Made by a program: the position numbers and the translations under genes. Below the pieces are notes generated by a model. It was not told where the DNA came from, did not search any database, and saw only the letters and a program-made list of their open reading frames with translations. 64,000 nucleotides of DNA, from contig CM120645.1 in NCBI GenBank assembly GCA_051362555.1, positions 1,364,001 to 1,428,000 on the forward strand, given 5' to 3'. This DNA is from Lingula anatina (taxonomy: Eukaryota > Animalia > Brachiopoda). Every line of letters begins with the position of its first letter. Positions within the stretch are counted from its first letter, which is position 1. Positions 24,873-39,205 of the stretch are shown piece by piece.

Positions 24873-27334
24873 AGGACAATGTTCATGTAAAAATCCATTT
24901 CTCGAATTTTGAAGATACAGCACTCAATCTATACACTAGAGGTATGTTTTAATCGATCCCCGCCATTTAAAAATTATAAAAAAATCTATTAGTAGAAAAA
25001 AAAGCGTTTTAGTAAACCTCACCTCAATATGCAAAAATGAAGCAACAGATCTGGGTCACGTGGTACTGTGACGACAATCACGATAAAGGTCTATGAGACT
25101 CAACTGAGCTGCATGGTGCATACTGTACAGACGGAGAAGTTAAGGAAAGTTGTGTTGAACGGAGTTGAGGAATTTTCGTTATGCCTCGGTGTGTTGCCGT
25201 GGGATTCAGCAAAATTGCAGCTCTCGTTGACAATCTTTCTTTGTCTGTGACGGTCTTCCGTGACTTACTAACTTCGGTGACAATAGTTGCGATGCTCTAG
25301 ATCATGGTCACCTCAGGTGGTTTAGATCATATCAAGAGCTGGTAGTCTTTCAGATTAACTGTCATCAGTTGGCAAACTTACTGATTGCTGATGCATTTCA
25401 AATGCATTGTAGTTGACCAAAAGCTCGTTTACAACAAACCTGTTAATTATGCACCTCTGCAATTCCCAAGCCAGGTAATAACAGGTATGAAACTCGTCTT
25501 GGTGGGCTTTCATATTTTTCAATATATCTCATTTATTTCATGGGGTTATTTTATTGGTATTTGTAAATGACGTTAAATATCAATACTTAAACAATTAAGT
25601 TCAAACACGGTCGCGAACATTAATAAAAGAAATTGCTCTCAGGGTATCTTGAAGCTTCCGTGGAAGAAAACGTGTTGAGGAAAAACAGGAAAAAGAGCGT
25701 TATATTAAAGAAAAAATGGGAACTGCTATAATAAAATGGTTCGTTATCCTAATTAGTTTATGCTTTGAGGATTTGTTTCTGAAGATTATTTCATCTGAAA
25801 TATTAAATAATTTAAAAGATTGATCATTTTATAACTTGAAACGCAAATTCTGCGTCAGTACGCATTTTTTTTTTTTGCAAATTTGTAAGCTTATAACACC
25901 GTGCTATAAAGATCTACTCAAGAAAAAAATTTGCTTGGGTGAAATTGAGTACGGAATGAACTGGAGACACTTGGCTTGTCATTAAGTTTACACGAAAATA
26001 TGTCAGGTAACTTTATACTGTCTTTGAAAGAGTAAAGATTGAAAGATAATTTTAGACAAACTTTGACGGGGGAAATACCTACAAAGAGTAATGGGCTATT
26101 TCGCCAACATCTTGTTGAAAATTTTACACTGCAATTCTATTCAAATAAGCTAAGGAACTAATTGCCAAATTAATACTTTCATCACATAACAGGGGGGTAA
26201 CCAGACCTGCAAAAATTGTACGCACATATTTAAAAAGATTACAAGCACATACAGCAAAATGTAGACTTACGCAAAACATGAACGACAGCGTAATCACAGC
26301 AAATGTACCTCATATAGTAGCTTAATTTCCATTAATAATAAAATCATCATTTAAGTCAAAAATATTCTTGCGATTTAATAACTTTTTTAATTTACCCAGA
26401 ACGGTATATTTATTTTAAAGGCGGTTAACTGAAATATAGTTTTATGATTTGTTTGTGAAAATTGCCCATGTCACCCTGTTAGTTTGGAGGTCTAAGCTGG
26501 ATCAAGTCCGTGTTAAAATTCCTATGAAGTTGTGCAGGAAAAATTCTTCCTTTCTTTCTCTAGCTCCTCGATAAACCTGGTGTTCAGATTTTATCTAGTA
26601 CCCCCAGGTCTACGGGAGCTGCGCTTTGTAACTAACGCACAGGTAGATTTTTACCTGAGATAACTGGAGTAAAGCTTAGATAGAGAGTGCGTTCGATACA
26701 AGCAAGACAAATTGAATGCCATTTAACCCTCTAATTAAGAGGTAAAGGAAGTTCCAGTTAGATGGATGATTAAGATAGGACTTGTCAAGGTAACGGGCAT
26801 TGTTTACCTCAGTTTAATAAAAGTATGCAAGACGGAGTGTCAGCGGTTTAATAAAATAAATTAAATTTCACAAATAACATGGACCTCATATGCAATAATC
26901 AACATTTCCCTTAACTCATTCAAATGCAGTGTTTAATACAACTTGGGATAACCATCATGAAATGCTTGTTAAAGAAATGACTAGACGGGAAATGGTTTTA
27001 CACAGCTTCACGAGGATTTAGACCCCTCGGGTAAGAGATTTGAATGAGTATAAACTTTTATCAGAAGCCAGAGAAGTCATCTTACAGGTAGACAATGCAG
27101 CTCAGTTTGACAGCTAAGCACGCTCTGTTCTCCAGTGGCTCGATTGTCGTCATTGGACCACGTGACCTCGTAGCTCATTAACTCCCAGGCCGAGCAAATA
27201 GGACGTTTTTTAAAGCCAAAAATTTACAAAATGAGCTTTTAATTTGTGTATTTGGATTAAGATATCGTTAGTTGGGCATGTTTTCTGAAGAATATGTTCC
27301 GTTCAGGCCATTCTGACGGCATGAAGCAAACCCT
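24873..27334 (+). mobile_element. Kolobok-like non-autonomous DNA transposon, unit 1
   Basis: TTAA|AGGACAATGTTCATG...CATGAAGCAAACCCT|TTAA. Subterminal inverted GGTCACGTGGT...TGACGACAATC motifs. Confidence 0.75.
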
Positions 27335-27338
27335 TTAA

Positions 27339-29800
27339 AGGACAATGTTCATGTAAAAATCCATTTCTCGAATTTTGAAGATACAGCACTCAATCTATAC
27401 ACTAGAGGTATGTTTTAATCGATCCCCGCCATTTAAAAATTATAAAAAAATCTATTAGTAGAAAAAAAAGCGTTTTAGTAAACCTCACCTCAATATGCAA
27501 AAATGAAGCAACAGATCTGGGTCACGTGGTACTGTGACGACAATCACGATAAAGGTCTATGAGACTCAACTGAGCTGCATGGTGCATACTGTACAGACGG
27601 AGAAGTTAAGGAAAGTTGTGTTGAACGGAGTTGAGGAATTTTCGTTATGCCTCGGTGTGTTGCCGTGGGATTCAGCAAAATTGCAGCTCTCGTTGACAAT
27701 CTTTCTTTGTCTGTGACGGTCTTCCGTGACTTACTAACTTCGGTGACAATAGTTGCGATGCTCTAGATCATGGTCACCTCAGGTGGTTTAGATCATATCA
27801 AGAGCTGGTAGTCTTTCAGATTAACTGTCATCAGTTGGCAAACTTACTGATTGCTGATGCATTTCAAATGCATTGTAGTTGACCAAAAGCTCGTTTACAA
27901 CAAACCTGTTAATTATGCACCTCTGCAATTCCCAAGCCAGGTAATAACAGGTATGAAACTCGTCTTGGTGGGCTTTCATATTTTTCAATATATCTCATTT
28001 ATTTCATGGGGTTATTTTATTGGTATTTGTAAATGACGTTAAATATCAATACTTAAACAATTAAGTTCAAACACGGTCGCGAACATTAATAAAAGAAATT
28101 GCTCTCAGGGTATCTTGAAGCTTCCGTGGAAGAAAACGTGTTGAGGAAAAACAGGAAAAAGAGCGTTATATTAAAGAAAAAATGGGAACTGCTATAATAA
28201 AATGGTTCGTTATCCTAATTAGTTTATGCTTTGAGGATTTGTTTCTGAAGATTATTTCATCTGAAATATTAAATAATTTAAAAGATTGATCATTTTATAA
28301 CTTGAAACGCAAATTCTGCGTCAGTACGCATTTTTTTTTTTTGCAAATTTGTAAGCTTATAACACCGTGCTATAAAGATCTACTCAAGAAAAAAATTTGC
28401 TTGGGTGAAATTGAGTACGGAATGAACTGGAGACACTTGGCTTGTCATTAAGTTTACACGAAAATATGTCAGGTAACTTTATACTGTCTTTGAAAGAGTA
28501 AAGATTGAAAGATAATTTTAGACAAACTTTGACGGGGGAAATACCTACAAAGAGTAATGGGCTATTTCGCCAACATCTTGTTGAAAATTTTACACTGCAA
28601 TTCTATTCAAATAAGCTAAGGAACTAATTGCCAAATTAATACTTTCATCACATAACAGGGGGGTAACCAGACCTGCAAAAATTGTACGCACATATTTAAA
28701 AAGATTACAAGCACATACAGCAAAATGTAGACTTACGCAAAACATGAACGACAGCGTAATCACAGCAAATGTACCTCATATAGTAGCTTAATTTCCATTA
28801 ATAATAAAATCATCATTTAAGTCAAAAATATTCTTGCGATTTAATAACTTTTTTAATTTACCCAGAACGGTATATTTATTTTAAAGGCGGTTAACTGAAA
28901 TATAGTTTTATGATTTGTTTGTGAAAATTGCCCATGTCACCCTGTTAGTTTGGAGGTCTAAGCTGGATCAAGTCCGTGTTAAAATTCCTATGAAGTTGTG
29001 CAGGAAAAATTCTTCCTTTCTTTCTCTAGCTCCTCGATAAACCTGGTGTTCAGATTTTATCTAGTACCCCCAGGTCTACGGGAGCTGCGCTTTGTAACTA
29101 ACGCACAGGTAGATTTTTACCTGAGATAACTGGAGTAAAGCTTAGATAGAGAGTGCGTTCGATACAAGCAAGACAAATTGAATGCCATTTAACCCTCTAA
29201 TTAAGAGGTAAAGGAAGTTCCAGTTAGATGGATGATTAAGATAGGACTTGTCAAGGTAACGGGCATTGTTTACCTCAGTTTAATAAAAGTATGCAAGACG
29301 GAGTGTCAGCGGTTTAATAAAATAAATTAAATTTCACAAATAACATGGACCTCATATGCAATAATCAACATTTCCCTTAACTCATTCAAATGCAGTGTTT
29401 AATACAACTTGGGATAACCATCATGAAATGCTTGTTAAAGAAATGACTAGACGGGAAATGGTTTTACACAGCTTCACGAGGATTTAGACCCCTCGGGTAA
29501 GAGATTTGAATGAGTATAAACTTTTATCAGAAGCCAGAGAAGTCATCTTACAGGTAGACAATGCAGCTCAGTTTGACAGCTAAGCACGCTCTGTTCTCCA
29601 GTGGCTCGATTGTCGTCATTGGACCACGTGACCTCGTAGCTCATTAACTCCCAGGCCGAGCAAATAGGACGTTTTTTAAAGCCAAAAATTTACAAAATGA
29701 GCTTTTAATTTGTGTATTTGGATTAAGATATCGTTAGTTGGGCATGTTTTCTGAAGAATATGTTCCGTTCAGGCCATTCTGACGGCATGAAGCAAACCCT
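27339..29800 (+). mobile_element. Kolobok-like element, unit 2 (apparently identical tandem copy)
   Basis: Same sequence at offset 2466, with identical ORFs at 25068/27534 and 25385/27851. The units share the TTAA at 27335-27338. Confidence 0.8.
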
Positions 29801-29842
29801 TTAACGAAAAGGTGGGTGAGCGCACTTCCTCCGTGCGTTTAT

Positions 29843-32800
29843 CCAAGGAGTTATAACAGAAGGAGATTACACGCAAGCCTTTCTTTTGTCCGATGTCTGT
29901 TACGGTGGGCGGAGCTAGCTACGGGGGGCCTCCGGTCTCAAGGTTTCGTCTGCGTCGCTCTCCTCAGCTTGGAGATAAATTTCATATGCGTTATTTCGCG
30001 TTAGAATTCGAGATCAGTAATGTCAAAGCGCTGCTGTATGCTGACGATTTTTTTCACAGGTAATTATTTGGACGATGTGCTGGAAGGGAACGATATCATA
30101 GAAAGCGATTATAAGGTGGTGACTGAGGATGGTCGCCATGAGCTTTTTTAAGTCGGTGATAGATGGCTTTTTTATGGCACAACCCGGTGAAAAATCACCA
30201 AGGAGAAGTCAAAAGAAAACGTCCCAACTGTGGTTTGTGAAAATGACATTCAAGTGAACGTCTGTCCTCACTGCCAAAGGACATAATATTAATACATTAA
30301 CGTTTGGACCCTCCTGCCCTTAGGTCCCATAAACATATACATTGTGACAGTGCCTACGCTTTGTGTCTGGTTTTAAATTTCTTAAAGTATTTTTTCTCTC
30401 ACTCGGTATAATTTTAATATTATAATGCATTTAATTAAAATTTTAATCCAAGGTTGAGGCAATGCCACGACACGTCAGTTTACTGAATACTCGTTATAAA
30501 TTTCTTTATCTTGGAAATTTCCCTTTTTTTCAGGATTATTTGACACGTACTAACACTGTTCATATTTGTCGGTAAACAAGTGCACAGTGCTATACATTAA
30601 GAATAATTTTTATTCATTCATAAATATATTTATGTACAAAACATATCAGAAATTTTAGTATTCACTGAGCTCTTTAAAGTGAAACAAATAAAGATGAGAA
30701 TATTGAATTTCAAACTATTATTTACTATATTAACTTAAAATATCTTTTAAGTCAACTCTATACTCAAGCACTCTATACTCTATACTCATGAAAGTAGCAT
30801 CTGTGAGTGAAACCATTTTATTATATCAATAGAAGAACAAAAACAAAAATTTTACACATAAGCAGTAATAAATGAAGTCATAAGAATGATTAAGTTGCTA
30901 CAGTTTTCCAGTTTTATGCAGTCTATGATGGCATTTTTTTCAACCGTGCAAATAGAAATAATTATATTCTTTTTTATCTGACTTGCTGATACCAGTCTGT
31001 GCCAGATACTATTCCACTTACAGGCCAGCAAGGTCTGAGAATCTAATGGGCCGAATGAAAAAAAAATCCTAGAAGATAAAGTGGTTAATTCTTACAAATA
31101 GGATAAAAAACATGGGATTTTCAAAAGGTTATTATAGATCAAGACAACACTTAGTAAGAACATTTATAAAATGTAACAGCTGAAAAAATTAACTGGTAAG
31201 TAAGCAGTAAGTGACTGCTTTAAAGAAATTTCACAGAAACAGAAATTTCACTGGCAATCAGGTAGACTGTTATACCATGGCACTCAACAATTTATATATA
31301 GGTTTTGAATTTTTTTCCACGTAACAGTAACATAAAATTTATGTCCACTTTTGCAATGTATAGAGTCAGTTAGGTGACTGAAAATATTTTAAAATGTCAT
31401 AAAGGAGCACTATTAATTTAATGCAATCTCTGTTGGCCAGTCTTATCCAGTTTCTTCTCCAAAAAGGACAACTCAAGTGAGAATTTCTTCAGGGCCTTTT
31501 CTTCTGCCTTGCTAATGCCATGCCACTCAGAAAAGAGAGAAACCTGTAGGTTAGAAAAAAAACCATAATAATAGCATTATGAACTAATTGTATCCATGTA
31601 GACATTATGGAATTACGCAGTGAAGTTTAATGTGTCTTGTTATGACTTGACTGAAATAATGTTCACCACATAAATGAACAATTTACAACTAAATTTATAT
31701 AGAACATCAAGATTCATGATCACAAGCTAATAACCCCAAGAAACTGAAAGAAATTGTACTTATTACAAGAAATTATTTAAATCCGCCCTGGTTCCTACTC
31801 TTCTGACAGGACAAAAAGGGGATTTCAGAGAGGCTGGTTGCTAAAAGGAAAATGCCCAAGGTTGTTGTATTTTGAAAAAAAAAATTAAAAAGGGTACTGT
31901 TGTTAGTGAATGTTTAATGCATCTTAGGCATTATGACAAAAGTAACTTACCCCAGACACACTGACCTCCTTTTTTCATTGACATATTTTAATTTTTTCCA
32001 GCCTGACCATAATTCATATATTCAATGCAGCCTTCTCCCACATCTATAATAGAAAAAAAAACTTGAGTAGTGTTAAGATATGCATGTCAAATTCATTATC
32101 AATTTTGAGAGAATTTCTGTTTCAACACTACAAGATGAAATATTTAATTTCAAGTAATGAATAAACCTTAATAGAGTTCTATTCTTTTGCAACCACCAAG
32201 GCAAAGCTTCTTTCTTAAAATGAACTGAAACATCCAAGCTTGCCACCTAACATGCCAAAGTAGTGAAGTATAATTTAAGTAGAGAAGCAAGTACCCCTTA
32301 ATTATAGAGGTGTCTTACACAATAAGGTGTGTCTTACACACCTTGACTCAAAGAGAGATGTGTAGTGAGATAACAGGTTAAGTAATTGGTGGAGCCTAGG
32401 TGAACTTAAAACCTTAAGACTTTAAATTAAGAAGCACCAGGATTCATGTGTGTTCTTTTTTCAAAGGTTTAATATGAATTAAAACATACATATGTAAAAA
32501 GAAGACTAAATAAGTTAAAAATAACTATACCAAAGACACTGTGAAGTCAAACTTCCTGTTAGACCGCCATGATGGAAAATGCTGGGTGGAGGCAAAATTT
32601 TCCAGTCAAAAAAACTGAGCACTTTACTTTAACAACAAAGTTACCACTCCAAAGCCACCCACCATGGTGAGAAGAAAAATGATGACCAACTGTCATGATA
32701 AGTCTTTTTAGATTTAAACATGAAAAAGGTAAAGGCCAAAATGGTACATTTACCCATAACACTAGAGTAAAAAATTGGTATTCTGAACAAATCAGGTTAT

Positions 32801-33731
32801 TTTTTTCAAGAAATATTGGAGCAGTATCCATGCAATATATACCACGCCACGACCAAGATGTTCAAGAATCTAAACACACCAAATTTTTTTATAATCTTGC
32901 ATTTGAAAAGTACAAAAAGCGGTAAGGCTTTTGGCCGTAACAAGCGTAACACTTTTTGATCGGAACTCATGAAAATTGTCAATTGTCGTATCCAAGCTAG
33001 ACCACATGTAAAATCGCATAAAAAAACAATACTGCTCAAGCAAGTGTGTTGCACACATAAAAATTAGTTAAATTTTATGACTGTCATGTGACACAAGTTT
33101 CAAAAAGTAGGAGGAAAATGTCTTTTGGAGTAATTTTTTTTCGAAATATTAACAAGATGGCGGCTTAAGCATCTGCTTGTTATTCGGCTACTGAAAGTGC
33201 ACCTAAGTTTTATTCTTTGCTATTGCCACAAATTACTTAACAATTGCAACTGTATAAAGACCAAACTTTCTTCATCTGATACTATATTTATAGGCACTTG
33301 TTATGAGTGGGAAATATTTTTCGTGCAATATTTATTCTCCACACACCACCTCGCGAGATCAACGTGTAGCTGGACACTTACACAGTGAGACCCTACGACA
33401 TAAAAGTTGCAATTTATCTTCATATTTCGTGTAGTTATGCATTTAAAAGCACTTACCTGTTTTTTTGAAAACCTTGTCCAACGTAATATCATATAAATTC
33501 TGTATTTCTCTCATTTTTTAGAAACTTGGGACTCCGTTTCTGTTTCTGTCCTCAAAAATCAACAGACGAAGGCACAGATACTAACAAACGAGATTTAAAC
33601 GAGAGCAACAATTAAGCGTAACAGAGATAGGCATCCATTGTTCTCTGGGTTCTATTCATTCCGACCAATGAGAGACCGTAATACGGGCTCCGCCCCCACG
33701 CGTGTAATCTCCTTCTGTTATAACTCCTTGG
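29843..33731. mobile_element. 3.9-kb non-autonomous DNA transposon with 32-bp perfect TIRs and a 5-bp TSD (hAT5-like)
   Basis: CCAAGGAGTTATAACAGAAGGAGATTACACGC is inverted at both ends. TTTAT lies on both flanks. Confidence 0.88.
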
Positions 33732-35329
33732 TTTATCTTACTTCCAAAGTGCGTGGCGAGTACTACTATCGTACTTATGAAGTGCGTCACACTGAGACGA
33801 CGCATGTGACCAGCACGATAAAAGTGCGTCACAAGTACTTGCTTAGGTGCATCGTGCGCCTATATCAAAGCTGATACGAACAGTCTGCTTTCAGTTCAAA
33901 GTCGATGGCGCATCCTTCTTGGAATTGCCGATTTTGGAAGACAAAACAGTGAATGATAAAGAGACTCGGTTCTCCCTTTTATACTATTTTGATTATCCGT
34001 GCGTTCCACCAATTTGACGCACGAGTGTCGTGCTTAACACTCCCGTGCTCATTACGTTTCTCTTACGTTTCTCTTATTTAGTAAGTACGATTTCTGAAAA
34101 CACTTACGATTATCTCACTCACTGTGTGCGACACAAGTACAGATCGTGCGTGCGCCTTACTTCTTCCAACTTCCACGTTTAGAGCACGACACACCTACTC
34201 ATGAAGTACATACTACTTACTACTTAATTTTCATCCTGCGACAACGCTACGCCTGACAAGAACTCCGAGGACGTACGATCTCTTAGCACGCACGACGGGT
34301 TGTAAGAGAGGCTTTAGATCTCCCTCATAGCCCAATTCCAATTCCGGTACAATTCGTACTTAGACAAATCTGATAATTTTACAACGCAGAGAAAACCTTA
34401 TTAATATTTATATAATGGTTTTATACAAAAAATGTTATTTGGAATAAGCTGGAATGTCCGTACAGCAGCGTAGCTTGACTTCGAATGGTCGTTTCCCTTG
34501 TATTCCTCGCGTGATCTGTTCACCTTTTGAATACAGCGCCCCCTGTACCTCCTAATGACCTTCCTTCTAAGACACGTCATCGTCGACCCGTTAAACGACA
34601 ATTAATACATTAATTCGCCCTAAACTATGAAATACCTGTGAAATAGAAAATTATGCTGTGTATGCATTAATTGTGGCATAATTCAAGTCTCAGACAGAAG
34701 GAAACAGAAATATGCTAAAAAAAAAAGATGAACATAGATTAGTTGTCCCCCTGCAAGAATCTAGAATATCACTGTCTGTTACTGATATCACATGATCTCT
34801 GCTAGTACAACCTAGCCCTGGTTGGTTTACAACTTAACCTAATTTTGTTGCCTCGACCAGGTGACAATTTCCAAGAACTGTAGATAACCTATATTAAACT
34901 AGTACAGCTTAGACTTTAGATCCGCCCTGGTTGTTGACAACATCACCTGATTTTACTGTGTCGATTGGTAACAGTTTTGAAATTATACATAACTTATTAA
35001 ACTGGTGGGTGCGCAACTGCCTTGATAGTAGCTGATTGAGTGTGTCAGCCGACGAGCTGGGGGTGGTGGGGGGGGGGTTGACTGAGCCCACTTAGGTCCC
35101 TTGGTGCAAAAAATTGGCATTTCATTCAATTAAAAGATAAATAATAAATTATATTATGTAAGCAGCACTTCAGCTACAATGTAGCTGCCATAAGCCCCCA
35201 TTCTTTGTTCCCTTTGAATATAAACATTTCAGCCTTTACTGCTAAATTAAGTTTTGAACAATGGGTTTAAATACGTTTACTAAAATCCCGTTCACTCTGA
35301 GCGGCGTCCTTTCTGCGTCCTTCGTGCGA

Positions 35330-38300
35330 CCAAAGAGTTATAACAGGAGGAGATTACACGCAAGCCTCTCTATTGTCCGATGTCTGTTACGGTGGGCGGA
35401 GCTAGCTACGGGGGGCCTCCTGTCTCAAGTTCTCGTCTGCGTCGCTCTCCTCAGCTTGGAGATTGATTTCATGTGCGTTATATCGCATTAGAATTCGTGA
35501 TCAGTGGTTTCAAAACGGCGCTGTATGCTGACGATTTTATTCAGAGGTGATTATTTGAACAGTGTGCAGGGAGGGAATGATATCATAGAAAGAGGTGATA
35601 GGATGGTGACCGAGGACGGTCGCCATGAGTTTGATTTTCTATCGATGATACAAGGCTTTTTATTCCACACCCTAGAGATAAATCACTTATAAGTCGATAG
35701 AAAACGTCCCAACTGGCTTGTGAAAGTGACATTCCTCTCTGCCAAACGATATTATATTAAAACATAAAAGTTTGGACACTCCAGCCCTAAACATATAGAT
35801 TGTGACAGCGCCTATGCTTTGTGACCTTGGTTTATAATTTCTTAATTTTAAGTATTTTTCCCTCAGTAGGGCCTATAAATTTTAATATTATAATGCATTA
35901 AAGTGAAGTTCTAAACACTGAGTCGAGGCAATACAATACATGTGATAGTTTTCTGAATACAAGTTCAAAATTTATTTATTTTGGAAACTTTATTTCAGGA
36001 TAACACATACTAACACTGTTTATATTTGTCTGTGAACAAGTGACTGCAGATACAAACATAGTGCTTATCATTAATAATAATTTTTATTCATACATAAATT
36101 TATTTATGTACAAATCGATCAGAAAAATTAATATTAACTGAGCTCTTAAAAATGAGACATGAATGAAGATGAGAATACAAATTTCAATTTCTATTTACCA
36201 TATCAACTTTTTAAGTCAACTCTGTACTAAAGTTTAGTGATAGTAAGATATGTGCATAAAACCACATTTTACTGTATCAATAGATGAACAAAACCAAAAT
36301 TTTACACATAAGCAGTCATTAATAACTACACAAGTAAGATTAAGTTGCTTCAGTTTTATGCAGTATAAGTTTGCTTTTTTCAGTTTTGCAGATAAAAATA
36401 ATTATATTCTTCTACATCTGACTTGATTATTTCAGTCTGTGTCACATACTTTTCCAACTCACAGGCCAGCAAGGTCTAAGAATCTTATAGGCCGAACGAA
36501 AACAAATCAAAGAAGATAAACCGGCTTCTTATTACAAAGAGGATAAAAAATTACAGTGGGATTTTCAAAAGGTCATTATAGATCAAGACAACATTTAGAA
36601 TGAACATTTATAAAATAAATTGGAGTACATGTTACAGCTGAAAAAATTAACTTGGCTAGTAAGTGACTGCTTTTAGGGAAATTTTAGTGAAACAGTCCGA
36701 ATTTTGCAGAGAATCGGTAACATTTTATTATTAAGAAATATAGATATCTAGGTTTTGGGTTTTTTTTCCACATGACAGTAACAAATTTATGTCCACTTTT
36801 GAAATGTATAGAGTCTGTGAGGTGATTGGGAATCATTACAAATGTCACGAAGAAGCACTATAAATTTAATGATATTTCAAACAGTCTCTGTTGGCCAGTC
36901 TTGTCCAGGTCTTCTCCAAAAAGGACAGCTCGAGTTATATTATTTTCCTCAGGGCCTTTTCTTCTACCTTGCTTATGGCATGCCAGAAATAAGGGAAACC
37001 AGTATGTTAGAAAAAAATATAATAATAGCATTATGAACTATAAGTATCCAAGTATAAATTATGTAATGAAGCAATGAAGTTTAATGTGTCATTGTTGTTA
37101 TGACTTGACTGAAATAATGTTTACCACATTAATGTACAATTTACAACTAAATAAAAAAAGGCTTCTTGATTACAGGCTCATAATCCCACGAAATTGAAAG
37201 AGTTTGTACTGATTACAAGAAATTAGATATCATTCATATCAAAATTATTTAAATCTGCCCCGGCTTGGACATAATAAGATTCCTTTTTATGTCCAAGGCC
37301 CTGGTTACCACTCTTCTGACAGGACACAAAGGCCATTTCAGAAAGGCCAGTCCCAAGGTTGTTGTTTATTTGAAAATGGTGAAAAATTAGTGAAAGTTAG
37401 TGAATGTTTAATGCATTGTAGGCTTACCTCAGACACACTGAACTTCTTTTGTCACTGATATTTTAATTCTTCCCAGCCTTACCATGATTCATATTCAATG
37501 CAGCCTTCTCTCATATCTATAATAGAAATAAAAACTTGAGTAAAGTGTTTAGTAAGAATGTCTGAATCATTATTAATTATGAGAGAATTTCTGTTTTGAC
37601 ATTGCAAGACGAAATGTTTAATTTCAAGTAATGAATAAGCCATAACAGAGCTGAATACTTTTGTCATCACCGAGGCAAAGCTTCTTTCATAAAATGAACT
37701 TATACATCCAAGCTTGCCACCTAACATGCCAAAGTAATATAGTATAACTACAGTACGGAAGCAAGTACCCCTTAATTATAGAGATGTATTACACACCTTG
37801 ACTCAGAAGATGTGAAGATGTGTAGAGTGTAGTGAGATAACAGGTAAAGTAATTGGTGGAGCCTAGGTGAACTTAAAACATTGTGACTTTAATTTAAGAC
37901 GCACTGGGGTTCATATAAGTATTTTCAAAGATTTAATTTTATTTAAAACACATGTAAAAAGGGAAGTTTATAACCATAGCAAAGACTTAAAGCCAAGCTT
38001 CCTGTTAAACCGCCATGATGGAAATGCTAGGCAGGGGCCAAACCTTTCCAGTCAAAATAATTGAGCACCTTACTTTTACAACAAAGCTACCACTCCAAAG
38101 CCACCTGCCACGGTGAGAAGAAAAACGATGACCAACTGTCATCTTAATTTCTTAAAATTTTAAGCACAAAGAAATTAAAGGCAAAAATGGTGCATTTAAC
38201 CATAAAACTAAGGTGATAATTTGGCACTCTGAACAAAAAGGGTTATTTTTTTCAAGAAATATTGAAGCAATATCCATGCAATATATACCAAGCCGCGACC

Positions 38301-38424
38301 AACATGTTCAAGTACCCAAACACACCAAAATCTTTCATAATCACGCTTTTGAAAGGTGCAAACAACTTTTAGGAGTTTGGCCGTAACAAGCGTAACAGTT
38401 TTTGATCTGGACTCGTGAAAATTG
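35330..38424. mobile_element. Diverged, right-truncated second copy of the 29843-33731 element
   Basis: Starts ccaaagagttataacaggaggagattacacgc and is colinear with 29843-~32980. It ends where a Penelope-like fragment begins. Confidence 0.85.
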
Positions 38425-38425
38425 G

Positions 38426-38518
38426 CCTGGTGAGCCTGGAAGTTTAAGTATCGGTTGGTGTGAGTGGCCTACCTGTAGCCTTTCGAATGACCGCCACTCT
38501 CATGTGTGATTAATGAAT

Positions 38519-38554
<36 letters not shown>

Positions 38555-38757
38555 AATAGACTTGTTTTCCTCCAGCTCTCTGGTGAAATTAATGTTATGG
38601 TTTTGACTGCTGATAAAGTCAGAGAGGGCAGTTACAGCCTGTAAGTGATTCATGTGGCAAACGGTGAACGTGTCATGTACATATCCCAACCAAAGAAGTG
38701 GAGGAGTGGGCATGGACCCAAATGCGCTTCACCAAAGTTCTCCATATATAACATTGG
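38426..38757 (-). mobile_element. Penelope-like reverse transcriptase fragment (degenerate)
   Basis: PPLLWLGYVHDTF (W.RYVDD-like), INFTRELEENKSI and YR*ATHTNRYLNFQAH motifs. Interrupted by a homopolymer run. Confidence 0.75.
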
Positions 38758-39205
38758 TTAAAAATATTGTCCTACCTCCAGTATCATGTGCTTTTATTTA
38801 TAAATAATCACATCACAGGCGAAAATTGTTATAAATGATGATTTTCATGTACCCCCTCAAATCCGACGTTTCACTGTGATTTTCACAGGGGTAAATAAAT
38901 GTCCATTAAATTGAAAAGACGCCACCAAATGTCACCAAATTTACACACATTTAGCATTAGGGTGTCCTCGTTAAAGGCATTGTGTCTTATAGCGTCTGTG
39001 CCTACCGCGTACTGTAATTATCGTTTCTTTCTCTTTTTCATTTGCTGTATACTATCTTTTGACATTTAAAATTGTGTAAGTTCATTTGTTAAAAAATGAA
39101 GCGTATTGACAATTTGATATAATTAAACCCACATAAACTGATAGAATTCCCATTTACCATTACACTCCAGATAAGGCAAAGAGAAATGTAGAAGTGAAAG
39201 ATACT

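Larger units (their letters stand above)
23735..34313. mobile_element. PIF/Harbinger-like MITE (~1 kb of its own sequence) expanded by three nested insertions
   Basis: TTA|AGCTACTCTTACAACC ... GGTTGTAAGAGAGGCT|TTA gives a 14/16 TIR and a 3-bp TTA TSD. Both arms are rich in acgac/cgtgcg. Confidence 0.7.
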
